Counted from the stretch's first letter, positions 48,270 through 58,710 are shown. The stretch: 64,000 bases of DNA from Candidatus Eiseniibacteriota bacterium (GCA_963717505.1 OY970342.1:96001-160000), one strand, 5' to 3'. Made by a program: numbers and translations. Notes: generated by a model from the sequence alone, not told the origin.

Positions 48270-48327
48270 CCACAGCGCGACCCCTACCAACGACTACCCC
48301 TCTCAGAAGAGAAATGAAAGCGTCGCC

Positions 48328-48353
48328 GGGTCGTACTGCTTCACCTCGTACAT
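48328..48353. repeat. 26-nt direct repeat of an internal segment of the M20 peptidase gene (42780-42805)
   Basis: GGGTCGTACTGCTTCAC[C/G]TCGTACAT, 25 of 26 identical. Confidence 0.85.
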
Positions 48354-48356
48354 CGC

Positions 48357-49121
48357 CTACCGGATTCGTACGATGCTCGTCGTGCGAGAGCCATCCTCCG
48401 CATCCAGGCGGGCAAAGTACATCCCATCTGCCACTTTCCTGCCACGATCATCCCGCCCGTCCCACGAGAGCCGGTGCCGACCCGCCTCGACGGTCCCGTG
48501 CTGCAGGGTGCGAATGCGTCGCCCCTCGACGCTGAACACGCCGAGGACCACCGCCTGAGGTCTCGCGAGATCGAAGCTCAACTCGACCTCTCTCGTCGAG
48601 GGATTCGGGGCGGCGTTCATTGCCAGTTGCGACGATTCCGCCGATGGAATGACCGAACTGGTCGCGTTCGTGACGAGGTAGCCGGACCAGCACACCGTCG
48701 AGGCCGGATAGGTTAGTCCCGAGATACCGAATCGCAATGCCTCGCTTTCCGGGAAGACGATCCCGGTCGACCAGTTCATCCGCACCGGCCAATTGTGATT
48801 GCCGTTGGCGTCCCAGAGCCCTCCGGAGACCCAGCGAACGTCGGAGTTGAAGTTGAAATTGCGGACCCAGAACGAAACGGACCACGGCCCGGCCGCGGGC
48901 GGAGCCGGATAGCCCGTAGGTGAAAAGCTCAGGTCCGTGAGCACAAAGTTGTATCCCGTTGGAACCAGGTACAGCGACGTTTCCAAGAGCCCGATCCCAG
49001 CAACAATGCTGGTGCATCCGCTCTTCATGTCCGCGGGGTTGACCTGGGCTTTGGCATTCGCCGCGAAGCTGACGGCAATCAGAATTGCGACCACAAACCA
49101 ACTTCTCGGGCTGCGACTCAT
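48357..49121 (-). CDS. Secreted protein with C-terminal FlgD-Ig-like domain
   Basis: Signal peptide; PNP...VFSVEGRRIRTL...WDGRDDRG...GMYFARL; RBS GAGGAGG. Confidence 0.85.
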   Translation of the reverse strand: MSRSPRSWFVVAILIAVSFAANAKAQVNPADMKSGCTSIVAGIGLLETSLYLVPTGYNFVLTDLSFSPTGYPAPPAAGPWSVSFWVRNFNFNSDVRWVSGGLWDANGNHNWPVRMNWSTGIVFPESEALRFGISGLTYPASTVCWSGYLVTNATSSVIPSAESSQLAMNAAPNPSTREVELSFDLARPQAVVLGVFSVEGRRIRTLQHGTVEAGRHRLSWDGRDDRGRKVADGMYFARLDAEDGSRTTSIVRIR

Positions 49122-49339
49122 GGCGACCTCCTCTTCTGAGTTGTGCGCTGGAGCTTCACTTGCCCCCAGGAGCCTAGCACCGTGGGCAGCCGCGTAGGGA
49201 CCATGGTGGGTGGACCGCCGACGGCGGCTGGGAGTCGCTGCGGCAAAGCCCGAGGCGCGCGACCGAGCGAGATCCTGATGAAAGGTCCGCCGCCGGCTGT
49301 TGCCCGAGTTGGGGAGTGACTCCCCTCCAGACGCGGAGC

Positions 49340-50917
49340 TTAGTCATCCCCCCGCAGCGCTTCGAGAAAAGCCTCGCCGTATCGCTCGAGCTTGACCGGG
49401 CCCACGCCGGAGAGCAGCAGCATCTCGACCTTTGTCTGCGGGACACTCTGGACCATCTGCCGGAGCACGGCATCGCTGAACACGATGTAGGCGGGCACGC
49501 CCTCGGCGTCCGCAAGGCGCTTGCGCACGGCCCGCAGCCTCGCGAACAGATCGGGGTCCATGTCGCGCTCAATGGACGTGGCCGGCCCGCCGACCGCGGC
49601 GCGCGAGCGTCTGCCCGCGGCGAGCTTGCCCAGGCCGCGCGTGTTCGGCACCAGCGCTTCGATGGATTCCCCCCGGCAGACGTCGCAGGAGGTGCTGCAC
49701 GCAGTCATCTCCTCGTCGAAATAGCGCACCAGCGCCTGGTGGCGGCAGCTGCCACGATCGGCCAGCCGGAACATCTCGACCGTCTTGCGCCGGGTCTCCG
49801 CGCGAACCTCCGCGTCTTCCATCTCGTCCAGGAACGCCTCGTAGCCGATCACGTCGGCCCACGAGTAGAACAGCACGCAGTCGCTGTCGAGCCCGTCGCG
49901 GCCCGCGCGCCCGATCTCCTGGTACCAGGCCTCAACGCTCCTCGGCATGTCTCGGTGCACCACGAACCGCACGTTGCTTTTGTCGATGCCCATGCCGAAG
50001 GCGACGGTCGCGACGATCACGTCCGTCTCGTCGCGGGCGAAGGCATCCTGGTGGCACGCGCGGGTCGCGTCGTCGAGCCCGGCGTGGTATGCGAGCGCCC
50101 GTACGCCGCGCGACCGGAGCCACTCCGTCATCGAGTCCACCGAGCGCCGGCTCAGGCAGTAGACGATGCCGCTGTCCCCTCGATGGCGTTCGACGATGCC
50201 CAGAATGTCCTTGCGCGTGTCACGCCGGGCGGAGACCTCGCCACCCTTGCGGTGTGCCGTGATGCGGAGGTTCGGCCTGAAGAAGGACCCCTTGAAGCCA
50301 TCAGGCTTCTGCATCGCAAGCTGACGGATGATGTCGCCCACCACGCGCCGCGTGGCCGTCGCGGTGAGCGCCAGTACGGGGATGTCCCCCAGCTCGCGCT
50401 TGAGGCCGCTGAGCCGGCGGTACGCGGGCCGAAAGTCGTGCCCCCAGTGGCTGATGCAGTGCGCCTCGTCCACCACGACCAGACTCACCGGACAGCCGGC
50501 GATCAGCGAGCGCAACGAGCCGCCGAGCGCCTCGGGGGCGAGGTAGACCAGCTCGACCTCGCCGCGCCGCAGCGCTGCCAGGCGCTGGCGGCGCTCGTCG
50601 AAGCTCAGCGTGGAGTTGAGCGCGGTGGCGCGGAACCCGAGCCGGGTCACGGCATCCACCTGGTCCTTCATGAGCGAGATGAGCGGCGAGATCACGAGCA
50701 CGGGCCCCGGCAGCATCTTCGCGGCCAGCTGGAAGGTGAGCGATTTACCCGCCCCCGTCGGCATCACCCCGATACAGTCACGGCCCGCGAGCACGGCGTC
50801 GATGATGCGGCGCTGCCCCGGCCGAAATTCCCGGAATCCGAACACGGACTCGAGGACCACCTGAGGGTCGGTGGGACGTGGGAGTGGGAGCGCGAGCGTT
50901 GCGGCTGTGCCATCCAT
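49340..50917 (-). CDS. recQ: RecQ-family DNA helicase with HRDC domain
   Basis: FRPGQ, PTGAGKS, DEAHCISHWGHDFRP, ATVAFGMGIDK, QEIGRAGRDG, Zn cysteines, VPAYIVFSD. Confidence 0.95.
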   Translation of the reverse strand: MDGTAATLALPLPRPTDPQVVLESVFGFREFRPGQRRIIDAVLAGRDCIGVMPTGAGKSLTFQLAAKMLPGPVLVISPLISLMKDQVDAVTRLGFRATALNSTLSFDERRQRLAALRRGEVELVYLAPEALGGSLRSLIAGCPVSLVVVDEAHCISHWGHDFRPAYRRLSGLKRELGDIPVLALTATATRRVVGDIIRQLAMQKPDGFKGSFFRPNLRITAHRKGGEVSARRDTRKDILGIVERHRGDSGIVYCLSRRSVDSMTEWLRSRGVRALAYHAGLDDATRACHQDAFARDETDVIVATVAFGMGIDKSNVRFVVHRDMPRSVEAWYQEIGRAGRDGLDSDCVLFYSWADVIGYEAFLDEMEDAEVRAETRRKTVEMFRLADRGSCRHQALVRYFDEEMTACSTSCDVCRGESIEALVPNTRGLGKLAAGRRSRAAVGGPATSIERDMDPDLFARLRAVRKRLADAEGVPAYIVFSDAVLRQMVQSVPQTKVEMLLLSGVGPVKLERYGEAFLEALRGDD

Positions 50918-51037
50918 GGCGGTGAGACTCCACGAGGGGGACGAGCGCGAGGGGCGAGGTATGGAATGTAAGGCATGACGGCGGCCCGATCCACGGCGGT
51001 CATCGGATCTGGCGGTCTGGCCATTTGAAAATAGTTC

Positions 51038-51066
51038 TTGTCCATTCACCGGAATGTCGCTACATT
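51038..51066 (+). promoter_or_regulatory. Sigma70 promoter giving a probable leaderless transcript
   Basis: TTGTCC-N17-TACATT, ATG 6 nt later, no Shine-Dalgarno. Confidence 0.55.
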
Positions 51067-51072
51067 CCTCCT

Positions 51073-51666
51073 ATGTCCACGGTCCGCGTCGTCGACAACC
51101 CACGCCACGCCGCATTGCTCGCCGCACCCCTCCGCCGGCAGATCCTGGATTCGCTGGTGAAGCCCGGCTCGGCGTCGTCGGTGGCCCGGTCGCTCGGTGT
51201 CGCGCGGCAGCTCATCGCCTACCATATTCGCCAACTCGAGTCGGCCGGCTACGTCGAGCTCGAGCGCGAAGAACCGAAGCGTGGCTGCGTGGAACGCATT
51301 GTGCGCCGGACGTCGCAGTACCTCGTCGCTTCGCAGGGCGTCCTCGGAACGCAGGGCGCCGACCCGCGCAAGATGAAGGACAAGTTCTCGAGCGGCTACC
51401 TGATCGCGCTCGCGAGCCGCATGGCCACGGAAGTCGGCGAGGCGCAAACCGCGGCCGAAAGAGCGGGCCGGCCGATGGCGACGCTGTCGGCGACGACGGA
51501 AGTGCGTTTGCGTTCGCCCCGGGATCGGCAGGCGTTCGCCGACGAGCTGCTCGACGCCATCACGAAGCTGGTCGACAAGTACCACGACACCAACGCGCCG
51601 GACGGTCGAAGCTACCGCCTCGTCGTCGGCGCCCACCCCATACGCGCATCGCGGAGGAAGTCATGA
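51073..51666 (+). CDS. ArsR-like winged-helix transcriptional regulator
   Basis: PLRRQIL...SASSVARSLGVARQLIAYHIRQLESAG; C-terminal YRLVVGAHP. Confidence 0.88.
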   Translation: MSTVRVVDNPRHAALLAAPLRRQILDSLVKPGSASSVARSLGVARQLIAYHIRQLESAGYVELEREEPKRGCVERIVRRTSQYLVASQGVLGTQGADPRKMKDKFSSGYLIALASRMATEVGEAQTAAERAGRPMATLSATTEVRLRSPRDRQAFADELLDAITKLVDKYHDTNAPDGRSYRLVVGAHPIRASRRKS

Positions 51667-52478
51667 CCAAGGAAGTGCAATCGAAGCGCACGCTCGAGAT
51701 GCACGTCGACGTGGAGGCGCCGATCGAGGCGGCGTGGAAGGCGCTGACCGAAGCGGAGGGCCTCGCGAACTGGTTCTCCCCCATCGCGAAGGTCTCGCGT
51801 CCCGGACTGAACAGTGAGGTCACTGTCGCCTGGAGCGAGGAAATGTCTTCGACGGCGCGTGTCGGCGCGTGGGAGCCCAACCGCCGCGTGCAATGGATCA
51901 ACGAGGGCATGATGGGGCCGGGCACGACGCTCGCCATGGATTTCCACCTCGAGGCTGCCGGCGGCAAGACCCGCATCCGGCTCGTCCAGTCGGGCTTCGG
52001 CGAGTTCGAGGGCTGGGACGACTTCTTCGAGGGGACCGAGACCGGCTGGGTGTACTTCCTCTACAACCTGCGCCTCTACCTCGAAACCCATCTGGGCCGG
52101 ACGCGGCGCATGATTTCGGAGCGGTTCCCGGTGAAGGCGTCCCGTGACGTCGCCTGGAAGCACATCGCATCGGCCGTGACGGGCATGGCGCCCCCGGACG
52201 TGAACCGGCTCGCGGCAGGAGATCGCGTCCGAGTCGCCTTGGACGGCGGCCCCACGGCAAATGGCGTGGTCGAAGTGGCCGTAGCGGGCAAGGCGCTCGC
52301 GATCCGGTTGCCCGACCTCACGGATTCCCTGCTCTTCATCGAGCTGGAGGGCGGTCCTCCGGAGTCGTTCCACACCGGCTTGTGGCTGTCGGTCTACGAC
52401 GCCGTTCGCGCGAAGGAACTCAAAGCGCCCGCGAAACGGACGTTCATTCGCATCCACGAGTCGATGCCGGCGAAATAG
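51663..52478 (+). CDS. SRPBCC/AHSA1-domain protein
   Basis: VEAPIEAAWKALTEAEGLANWF, TRIRLVQSGF, GW..FL.NL; ATGA overlap. Confidence 0.88.
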   Translation: MTKEVQSKRTLEMHVDVEAPIEAAWKALTEAEGLANWFSPIAKVSRPGLNSEVTVAWSEEMSSTARVGAWEPNRRVQWINEGMMGPGTTLAMDFHLEAAGGKTRIRLVQSGFGEFEGWDDFFEGTETGWVYFLYNLRLYLETHLGRTRRMISERFPVKASRDVAWKHIASAVTGMAPPDVNRLAAGDRVRVALDGGPTANGVVEVAVAGKALAIRLPDLTDSLLFIELEGGPPESFHTGLWLSVYDAVRAKELKAPAKRTFIRIHESMPAK

Positions 52479-52502
52479 CGGCGCCTGCTGGATCAGATGT
52501 GC

Positions 52503-53468
52503 TCACGGGCCAATGAGACGCGTCAGCACCGGATAGGTGATGGATGGGTTCCCGCCCACCTGTTCGGGATCGACGACATCGTGGTTGAGTCCAAGCTCGG
52601 CCGGGAACTCGTAGGTCACCAAGTCACGGATTCCGTGGCGGCGCCAAGCGCTTACTGCTTCTGCGCACAGCCCATTGTCTACCGCCAGATCACCGCCGAC
52701 GGTCACCATCGCGAGAGAGCGGCAGCCCGGAGCGGCTCTCAACGCGCCCTCGCGGGTCCACCAGCCAAGTCTCAGAGTGGCCGCCACCGAGCGCGTCGAG
52801 AACCGAGGATAGACGTGCGTGGGTCCGGGCAACTCCTGCTTGCGGCGCGAATCCCACCAGATGAACCGATTGGGGAGAGCCCCGGTCAGCCGTGCCACCA
52901 CCGGGGTCCAGTGACCAGGCGCCCGCGCAACACCCAGCATCGGAGCGATCATCACCGCGCGATCGACGTCGGGGCGTTCCTGCGCGGCCCATGCCGCAAG
53001 GGTGCCGCCCACCGAGAGTCCCGTCACGGTTACGCTGTCGCCGAGTCCCTGCGCCGCGTCCACCACGCGATCCACGAAGGCCCGCAACTCCACGGCATCA
53101 GCGCGACCGAGTTCCTCGGTCATGCGGTCGGCGAAGCCATGACGGGGGAGGCGCGGAATCAACACGTTGGCGCCACGCGTGAACGACATTCGCCCCAGCG
53201 AATCGAATTGAGCGGGACAGTTGGTGAGGCCGTGCAGGAGGACGACGACATGCCGCGTCGGCCCCCCGTGTGTCAGCAGCCGTGTGCCACACTCGCGTGC
53301 GATGGCCGGTGAGTCCTGGGCACGCAGTGAATCCACCAGTCGCAGCGCTTCGGCATAGTTGGTGGTTGGATGCGGATCGGACTCGAGCCCACCGCGCGGC
53401 AGCGGGCTGACGAGCCATGCAACGATGAGGACCAGCATAACGAGTGCGGTTCCAAGGATTCGTCGCAT
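52503..53468 (-). CDS. Alpha/beta hydrolase, carboxylesterase-like
   Basis: N-terminal TM, LLHGLTNCP, RLPRHG, GLSVGG nucleophile elbow, D and H downstream. Confidence 0.88.
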   Translation of the reverse strand: MRRILGTALVMLVLIVAWLVSPLPRGGLESDPHPTTNYAEALRLVDSLRAQDSPAIARECGTRLLTHGGPTRHVVVLLHGLTNCPAQFDSLGRMSFTRGANVLIPRLPRHGFADRMTEELGRADAVELRAFVDRVVDAAQGLGDSVTVTGLSVGGTLAAWAAQERPDVDRAVMIAPMLGVARAPGHWTPVVARLTGALPNRFIWWDSRRKQELPGPTHVYPRFSTRSVAATLRLGWWTREGALRAAPGCRSLAMVTVGGDLAVDNGLCAEAVSAWRRHGIRDLVTYEFPAELGLNHDVVDPEQVGGNPSITYPVLTRLIGP

Positions 53469-53556
53469 GGGTCACGACTATAGTCGAGGCTTCTGGATAC
53501 GTTTCGGCGCTTCCACCCGGTCAGCCGCGGCCCGGCACCGATGGCAGCGGACGGGA

Positions 53557-54102
53557 TCAGACCCGTCCGTGCGTGGCCCTTCCGATCGCCCCCGCCACTA
53601 TCTTCCCGCTCATCGTCATGTACATCACGTCCTCCGTCACCGACAACTCGAACGCCGTCCGCCGCTCCAGTTGCGCGTACAGGGTCGCCAGCGGAGCGCC
53701 GGCGATCCCCAAGAGCTCTAGCGACTCCGCGCGGTGGATGCGCGCGCCGGCGAGCGACGCCCAGTAGCGTTCGACGTCGCGATGCGTGTAGACGGCGACT
53801 CGCGGTGCCAGCTTGCCGGCCCGATGGAGCCGCGCCGCGTCCGGCGCTCCGACCTCGATCCACGCCTTGAGCGTGCCCGTCAGGTCTCGCACCTCGAGGG
53901 CAGGCTGGTCGGCATCGGCGAGCCCCTTGGAGAACGCCAGCCCCTCCTGCAACTCCAGGCAGTACGCGAGCACACGCGCGCACATGAACTCCTCGCTCTC
54001 GGACGGGTGCCGCGCGACGCGCAGATCGAGCGTCTCGTAGACGCCGCGGTCCACGTGCGAGAGCTGCACGGTGAACTGGTGAACCGTGGAGCTGAGCGCC
54101 AA
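53557..54102 (-). CDS. yaeQ: YaeQ-family protein
   Basis: (M)ALSSTV...DRGVYETLDLRVARHPSE, FSKGL, WIEVG; TTG start inferred. Confidence 0.9.
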   Translation of the reverse strand: MALSSTVHQFTVQLSHVDRGVYETLDLRVARHPSESEEFMCARVLAYCLELQEGLAFSKGLADADQPALEVRDLTGTLKAWIEVGAPDAARLHRAGKLAPRVAVYTHRDVERYWASLAGARIHRAESLELLGIAGAPLATLYAQLERRTAFELSVTEDVMYMTMSGKIVAGAIGRATHGRV

Positions 54103-54251
54103 TTTGGCCTCGGAATCAATTCGGGTGAGCGCTTGAGTCAGCCGGCCTGCCGCATCGTCAGACGCGCGCAGACCACACGCGCTTCGATGCAAGGTCAGTG
54201 ATTCTGCCATAGTCGCCAGTCCGATCTCCCAAAGAGGCCCTTCGCTCGCCC

Positions 54252-56052
54252 ATGACATTGTTGAGCCTCAACGACATCAGCCTCACCTTCACCGGGCCGG
54301 CGCTTCTGGACTCGGTGAGTCTCCAGATCGACGACGGCGAGCGGCTCGGGCTCGTCGGTCGCAACGGGGCGGGCAAGTCGACGTTGCTGAAGATCCTCGA
54401 GGGCACTCTGGCGCCGGACTCGGGCAACGTGGCGCGACAACCGCGGCTGCGCATCGCGAGCCTCCGGCAGGACGTTCCTCCCGATCTCGCGGGTTCGGTG
54501 CGGGCCTACCTGCACGTGGCCTGCGGAGCAGCGACCAGTGACCAATCCTGGGCCATCGAGACGCGCATCGATCAAGCGGCACACGACCTGACGCTGGACC
54601 TGGACGCGGCGATCGAGTCGCTTTCCGCCGGATCGAAGCGTCGCGTCCTGCTGGCGGCGGCGCTGGTGCGTGATCCGGACCTGCTGATCCTGGACGAGCC
54701 GACCAACCATCTCGACATCGACGCCATCCGACACCTCGAGGACGCGCTGCAGCGCCGGCGCGGCGCGCTGGTGTTCGTCACCCACGACCGCAGCTTCCTC
54801 CGCACCCTCGCCACCCGCATCCTCGATCTCGACCGCGGCGCGATCCGCAGCTACCGCTGCTCCTACGATGCCTATGTCGAGCAGCGCGAGGAAACGCTGC
54901 GCGTCGAGGCCGAACAGGCCAAGCTGTTCGACAAGAAACTGGCGCAGGAAGAGGCGTGGGTGCGACGCGGGATCAAGGCGCGTCGCACGCGGAACGAGGG
55001 CCGCGTCCGCGCACTCGAGGCGTTGCGTCTGGAACGCGGCGCCCGCCGGGACGAGACGGCGCGCGTCAAGGCGCAGCTGGTGGAGGCGGACCGCTCCGGG
55101 CGCATCGTGCTGCGCTGCCAGAACGTCACCTACGGGTACGCGGACGCGCCGATCGTGCGCGACCTCACGACGACGATCCTGCGCGGCGATCGCATCGGCA
55201 TCATGGGCCCGAACGGCTGCGGCAAGACGACGCTGATCGGGTTGCTCCTCGGCGAGATCGTCCCGCAGCAGGGCACGGTGACTGCGGGCACCAAGCTCGA
55301 GGTCGCGCACTTCGAGCAACTTCACGACATGCTCGACGACACGAAGTCCGTGATCGAGAACGTCGCCGAGGGTCGCGACATGATCGCGGTCGGCAGCGGC
55401 GAGCGCCACGTGGTCGGCTACCTGCGTGACTTCCTGTTCACGCCGGAGCAGATGCAGGGCGCGGTGACGCGACTCTCCGGGGGCGAGCGCCGGCGGCTCC
55501 AGCTCGCCAAGATCCTCTCCCGCCCCTGCAACATGCTGGTGCTGGACGAACCGACCAACGACCTGGATCTCGAGACACTCGAGCTGATCGAGGAGATGCT
55601 GCTCGAGTTCCAGGGCACGTTGCTCTTGGTGTCACACGACCGTGCGTTCATCGACAACGTGGTCACCTCGACGATCGTATGCGAGGGCCCGGGCGAGTGG
55701 AACGAGTACGTCGGCGGCTACGAGGACTGGCTGAGACAGCGTAAGCCGGAGGTGGCCTTGACTCCGGTGACGAAACCGACCCGGCCGGGCGCCGAGCGCG
55801 AGAGAACACGACCGCGGCGGATTGGCTTCAAGGAGAAGCGCGAGCTAGGGCGAGCTACCGGGGCGAATCGAGGCGTTGGAGGCCGAGAAGCAGCGCCTTT
55901 ACACGCTGATGTCTTCTTCGAGCTTCTATGCCTTGCGTGGAGATGAGATCGCGCAAGGGAAACAGCAGCTCGCGGCACTGGAAGCCGCGCTGCAGACGGC
56001 CTACGCGCGCTGGGTGGAGCTGGAGACATTGGCGACAAGCGGCGAAGGATGA
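54252..56052 (+). CDS. uup: ABC-F ATPase Uup-like, frameshifted near 55849
   Basis: Two NBDs (GRNGAGKS, GPNGCGKT), QEEAWVRRGIKARRTRNEGRVRAL linker; removing one G restores ELGELPGRIEALE...YARWVELE to the stop at 56052. Confidence 0.9.
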
Positions 56053-56167
56053 GGCCGCGGTCCCCGATCCCAGCTAAACTGACAACACATCTCGATCGGG
56101 GCCGACATTCGCCGCCTGGCGCTGCGGTGACGGGCCACCTGGCCGGCGTGTCGACTTGCTGGCTGGC

Positions 56168-56782
56168 TCATCGACGGCGCATGACCCATGTCGTCATGCA
56201 ACGCTGATCCTGGACGACGGTCGTCTTCAGTGGATCGAGCAGCTCGCCGCCCAGCGCCTCGGTCCTGGCGAGCAGGAACGCTTCGTCCACGAGATACCGC
56301 TCGCTGCCGTCCGGCAGCCGGTGGCGCCGTCCCGCGACCGGTCGCACGCGGTTCTCCATGCCGATCGAGGAGGCGAGCCGCGAGAAGAAAACCCCGCCCG
56401 GCCGTAGCATGCGCCACGATCCGCTCAACATGGCCATGAAGTGGGCGTCATCGCGCGCGAAGTGAAGTACCGCGCTGCTGAGGACGGCATCCATCGACGC
56501 GGGCGCGAAGGACATCGCCTCGACCGGCTCCACGCGAAAGTTGTCGGCCGGCAGCCGCGGTGCGAGCTCGGCCCCCATCCCACGCACGTGCTCGATGGCC
56601 GCCGGATCGTCGTCCGCGCCGAACACCTCGAAGCCCGAGCGCATCAGGTGCACCAGGTTGCGCCCCTGTCCACAACCGGCGTCGAGCACGCGCATCGGCG
56701 GCGCGATGCGTCCGCGCAGCAGCTGGTCGAACAGGTAGATGTCGATCGGCCCGAACTGCCGGACGAGGTCGAGCAAAGTCAC
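56168..56782 (-). CDS. Class I SAM-dependent methyltransferase
   Basis: IDIYLFDQLLRGR, VLDAGCGQGRN, SSAVLHFA, LRPGG. Confidence 0.9.
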   Translation of the reverse strand: MTLLDLVRQFGPIDIYLFDQLLRGRIAPPMRVLDAGCGQGRNLVHLMRSGFEVFGADDDPAAIEHVRGMGAELAPRLPADNFRVEPVEAMSFAPASMDAVLSSAVLHFARDDAHFMAMLSGSWRMLRPGGVFFSRLASSIGMENRVRPVAGRRHRLPDGSERYLVDEAFLLARTEALGGELLDPLKTTVVQDQRCMTTWVMRRR

Positions 56783-56885
56783 ACGCGAGAGATTGCGTCG
56801 GTCGCGAGCACGACGTCCGAGTCGGTGCGGAGCAGCCGCTCACCCAGCCGCTGCGGTGCTTCGCCATGATTGCCGCGCCCCAAGG

Positions 56886-58448
56886 CTACTTCCCTCCCGC
56901 ATGCGACTCCGACATCGTTCGCATCACTTCATCGAGGTTGAAGCTCGCGGGCTTCTGGCGCGGGGGAAACTCCTTGAAGCTTGCCAGCCACTGGGCGGCG
57001 AACGCCTGCATCGGGACCTGGATGAATACGCGGCGGACCTGCCAGTCGGCGTAGTAAATGCTCGTCGGGCCCCGCTCGAAGGGGTCGGCCTTCAGGTTGT
57101 ACAGGTTCGGCACGCGCAGTTTCGTGAACTGGCCCTGCCAGACGCCGACGGGCATCTCGGCCGAAATCTCGGTGTGCTGCTCGAGGAACGTGGCCTTCCA
57201 CTGGTTGTAGCGGATGGCCATCAGGTCACCGTCGTCGCTCCAGTAGATGAACTCCTTTCGCGGCGACTCCTTCACTTCGCCTCTCAGGAATGGCATCAAG
57301 TTGTATCCGTCGAGGTGGACCTTGAAAGTCTTGCCGCTGGCACGGTAGCCCTTCTTGACCTTGGCGACGAGGTCGGGCTCGCCGGCGGCGGCGGCAAAGG
57401 TGGGGATCAAGTCCTCGTGGGCGCAGATGTCGTTGATCACCTGCCCGGGCTTGATGACGCCGGGCCAGCGGATGCACGTCGGCACTCGGAAGCCGCCTTC
57501 CCAGTTGGTCGCCTTCTCGCCGCGGAACGGAGTGGCCCCGCCATCTGGGAAGGTGAAGACTTCCGCCCCGTTGTCGGTGGTGTAAATGACGATGGTGTTG
57601 TCGGCAATGCCGAGGTCGTCGAGCTTCTTGAGCAATTGGCCGACCATGTCGTCGTGCTCGACCATGCCGTCGGGGTAGAGGCCCACGCCGGTCTTGCCAT
57701 CGCTCGCCGGCTTGAGATGCGTGAAGACGTGCATGCGCGTCGAGTTGAAGTAGCAGAGAAACGGCTTCTTGGCCCGGTGCTGGCGGTCCATGAAGTCCAG
57801 CGCGGCGGCGAGGAACTCTTCATCCACGGTCTCCATGCGCTTCTTGGTCAGCGGGCCGGTGTCTTCGATGGTCTGTCCGCCCTTGCCGTCGCTCTTGCAC
57901 TTGAGCACACCGCGCGGGCCGAAGCGCTTCTTGAAGTTCGGGTCCTTCGGGTAGTCGGGGTTCTCGGGTTCTTCCTCGGCGTTGAGGTGATAGAGGTTGC
58001 CGAAGAACTCGTCGAAACCGTGAGCGGTGGGAAGGAACGCGTCCTTGTCGCCCAGGTGGTTCTTGCCGAACTGCCCGGTGGCGTAGCCCAGTTGCTTCAT
58101 GAAGTCGGCGACGCTCGGATCCTCGGCGCGCAGCCCCACATCGGCGCCCGGCAGTCCGACCTTGGTCAGGCCGGTGCGGATCGGCGATTGCCCCGTGACG
58201 AACGCGGCGCGCCCGGCGGTGCAAGACTGCTGCCCATACCAGTCGGTGAACCTCGCGCCCTCGGCTGCGATGCGATCGATGTTCGGTGTGCGGTAGCCCA
58301 TGATCCCGCTGTTGTAGCAGCTCGGGTTGAACCACCCGATATCGTCACCCATGATCACGAGGATGTTGGGCTTGGCCTGCTGCGCGAAGGCCGAAGTGCT
58401 GGAGAACAGCACCACAGTTAGAAACACGAACGACATGAGCCGTTTCAT
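56886..58448 (-). CDS. Exported arylsulfatase-family protein
   Basis: KPNILVIMGDDIG, TPNIDRIA, SCTAGRAA, GKNHLG, TDNG, EGGFRVP, YNLKADPFE; RBS AAGGAG. Confidence 0.93.
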   Translation of the reverse strand: MKRLMSFVFLTVVLFSSTSAFAQQAKPNILVIMGDDIGWFNPSCYNSGIMGYRTPNIDRIAAEGARFTDWYGQQSCTAGRAAFVTGQSPIRTGLTKVGLPGADVGLRAEDPSVADFMKQLGYATGQFGKNHLGDKDAFLPTAHGFDEFFGNLYHLNAEEEPENPDYPKDPNFKKRFGPRGVLKCKSDGKGGQTIEDTGPLTKKRMETVDEEFLAAALDFMDRQHRAKKPFLCYFNSTRMHVFTHLKPASDGKTGVGLYPDGMVEHDDMVGQLLKKLDDLGIADNTIVIYTTDNGAEVFTFPDGGATPFRGEKATNWEGGFRVPTCIRWPGVIKPGQVINDICAHEDLIPTFAAAAGEPDLVAKVKKGYRASGKTFKVHLDGYNLMPFLRGEVKESPRKEFIYWSDDGDLMAIRYNQWKATFLEQHTEISAEMPVGVWQGQFTKLRVPNLYNLKADPFERGPTSIYYADWQVRRVFIQVPMQAFAAQWLASFKEFPPRQKPASFNLDEVMRTMSESHAGGK

Positions 58449-58688
58449 GGGTCTCCTTTCAAGATCCTCGACGCTTGGCCGAGCGGGGTCTGAGGATTGG
58501 GCAGCGGAGTCCGTGAAGAAAAGCACCGCCCGGCTGGCATCGCAAGATCTACTCAGATCTGACCGGACGCCCTCCCCGCTACCGTCTCGCTCGACCAGCT
58601 GCGAGTTCGCGCGCTCTCGGCCGACGCACCAGCGCCCGTCAGAAGCTAACGCCCGCCGCCCCCTTGCATGCTGTCGGTCCGTATGCAA

Positions 58689-58710
58689 TACTGAACTACA
58701 TGGTTCAGTA
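58689..58710. promoter_or_regulatory. Perfect palindromic operator over the ArsR start codon
   Basis: TACTGAAC-TACATG-GTTCAGTA; upstream TTGCAT-N17-AATACT with an extended -10 TG. Confidence 0.75.

Noticed and set aside
49270-49310. Hammerhead ribozyme core (CTGATGA)
   Set aside because: No stem II followed by GAAA and no cleavage-site geometry
51026-51038. LexA-like box upstream of recQ (GAAAATAGTTC)
   Set aside because: One base short of GAAC-N4-GTTC and better explained as part of the adjacent ArsR-like operator
55845-55853. Frameshift in uup as real pseudogenisation
   Set aside because: One extra G in a short run with an intact downstream C-terminal domain; same error signature as in the kinase
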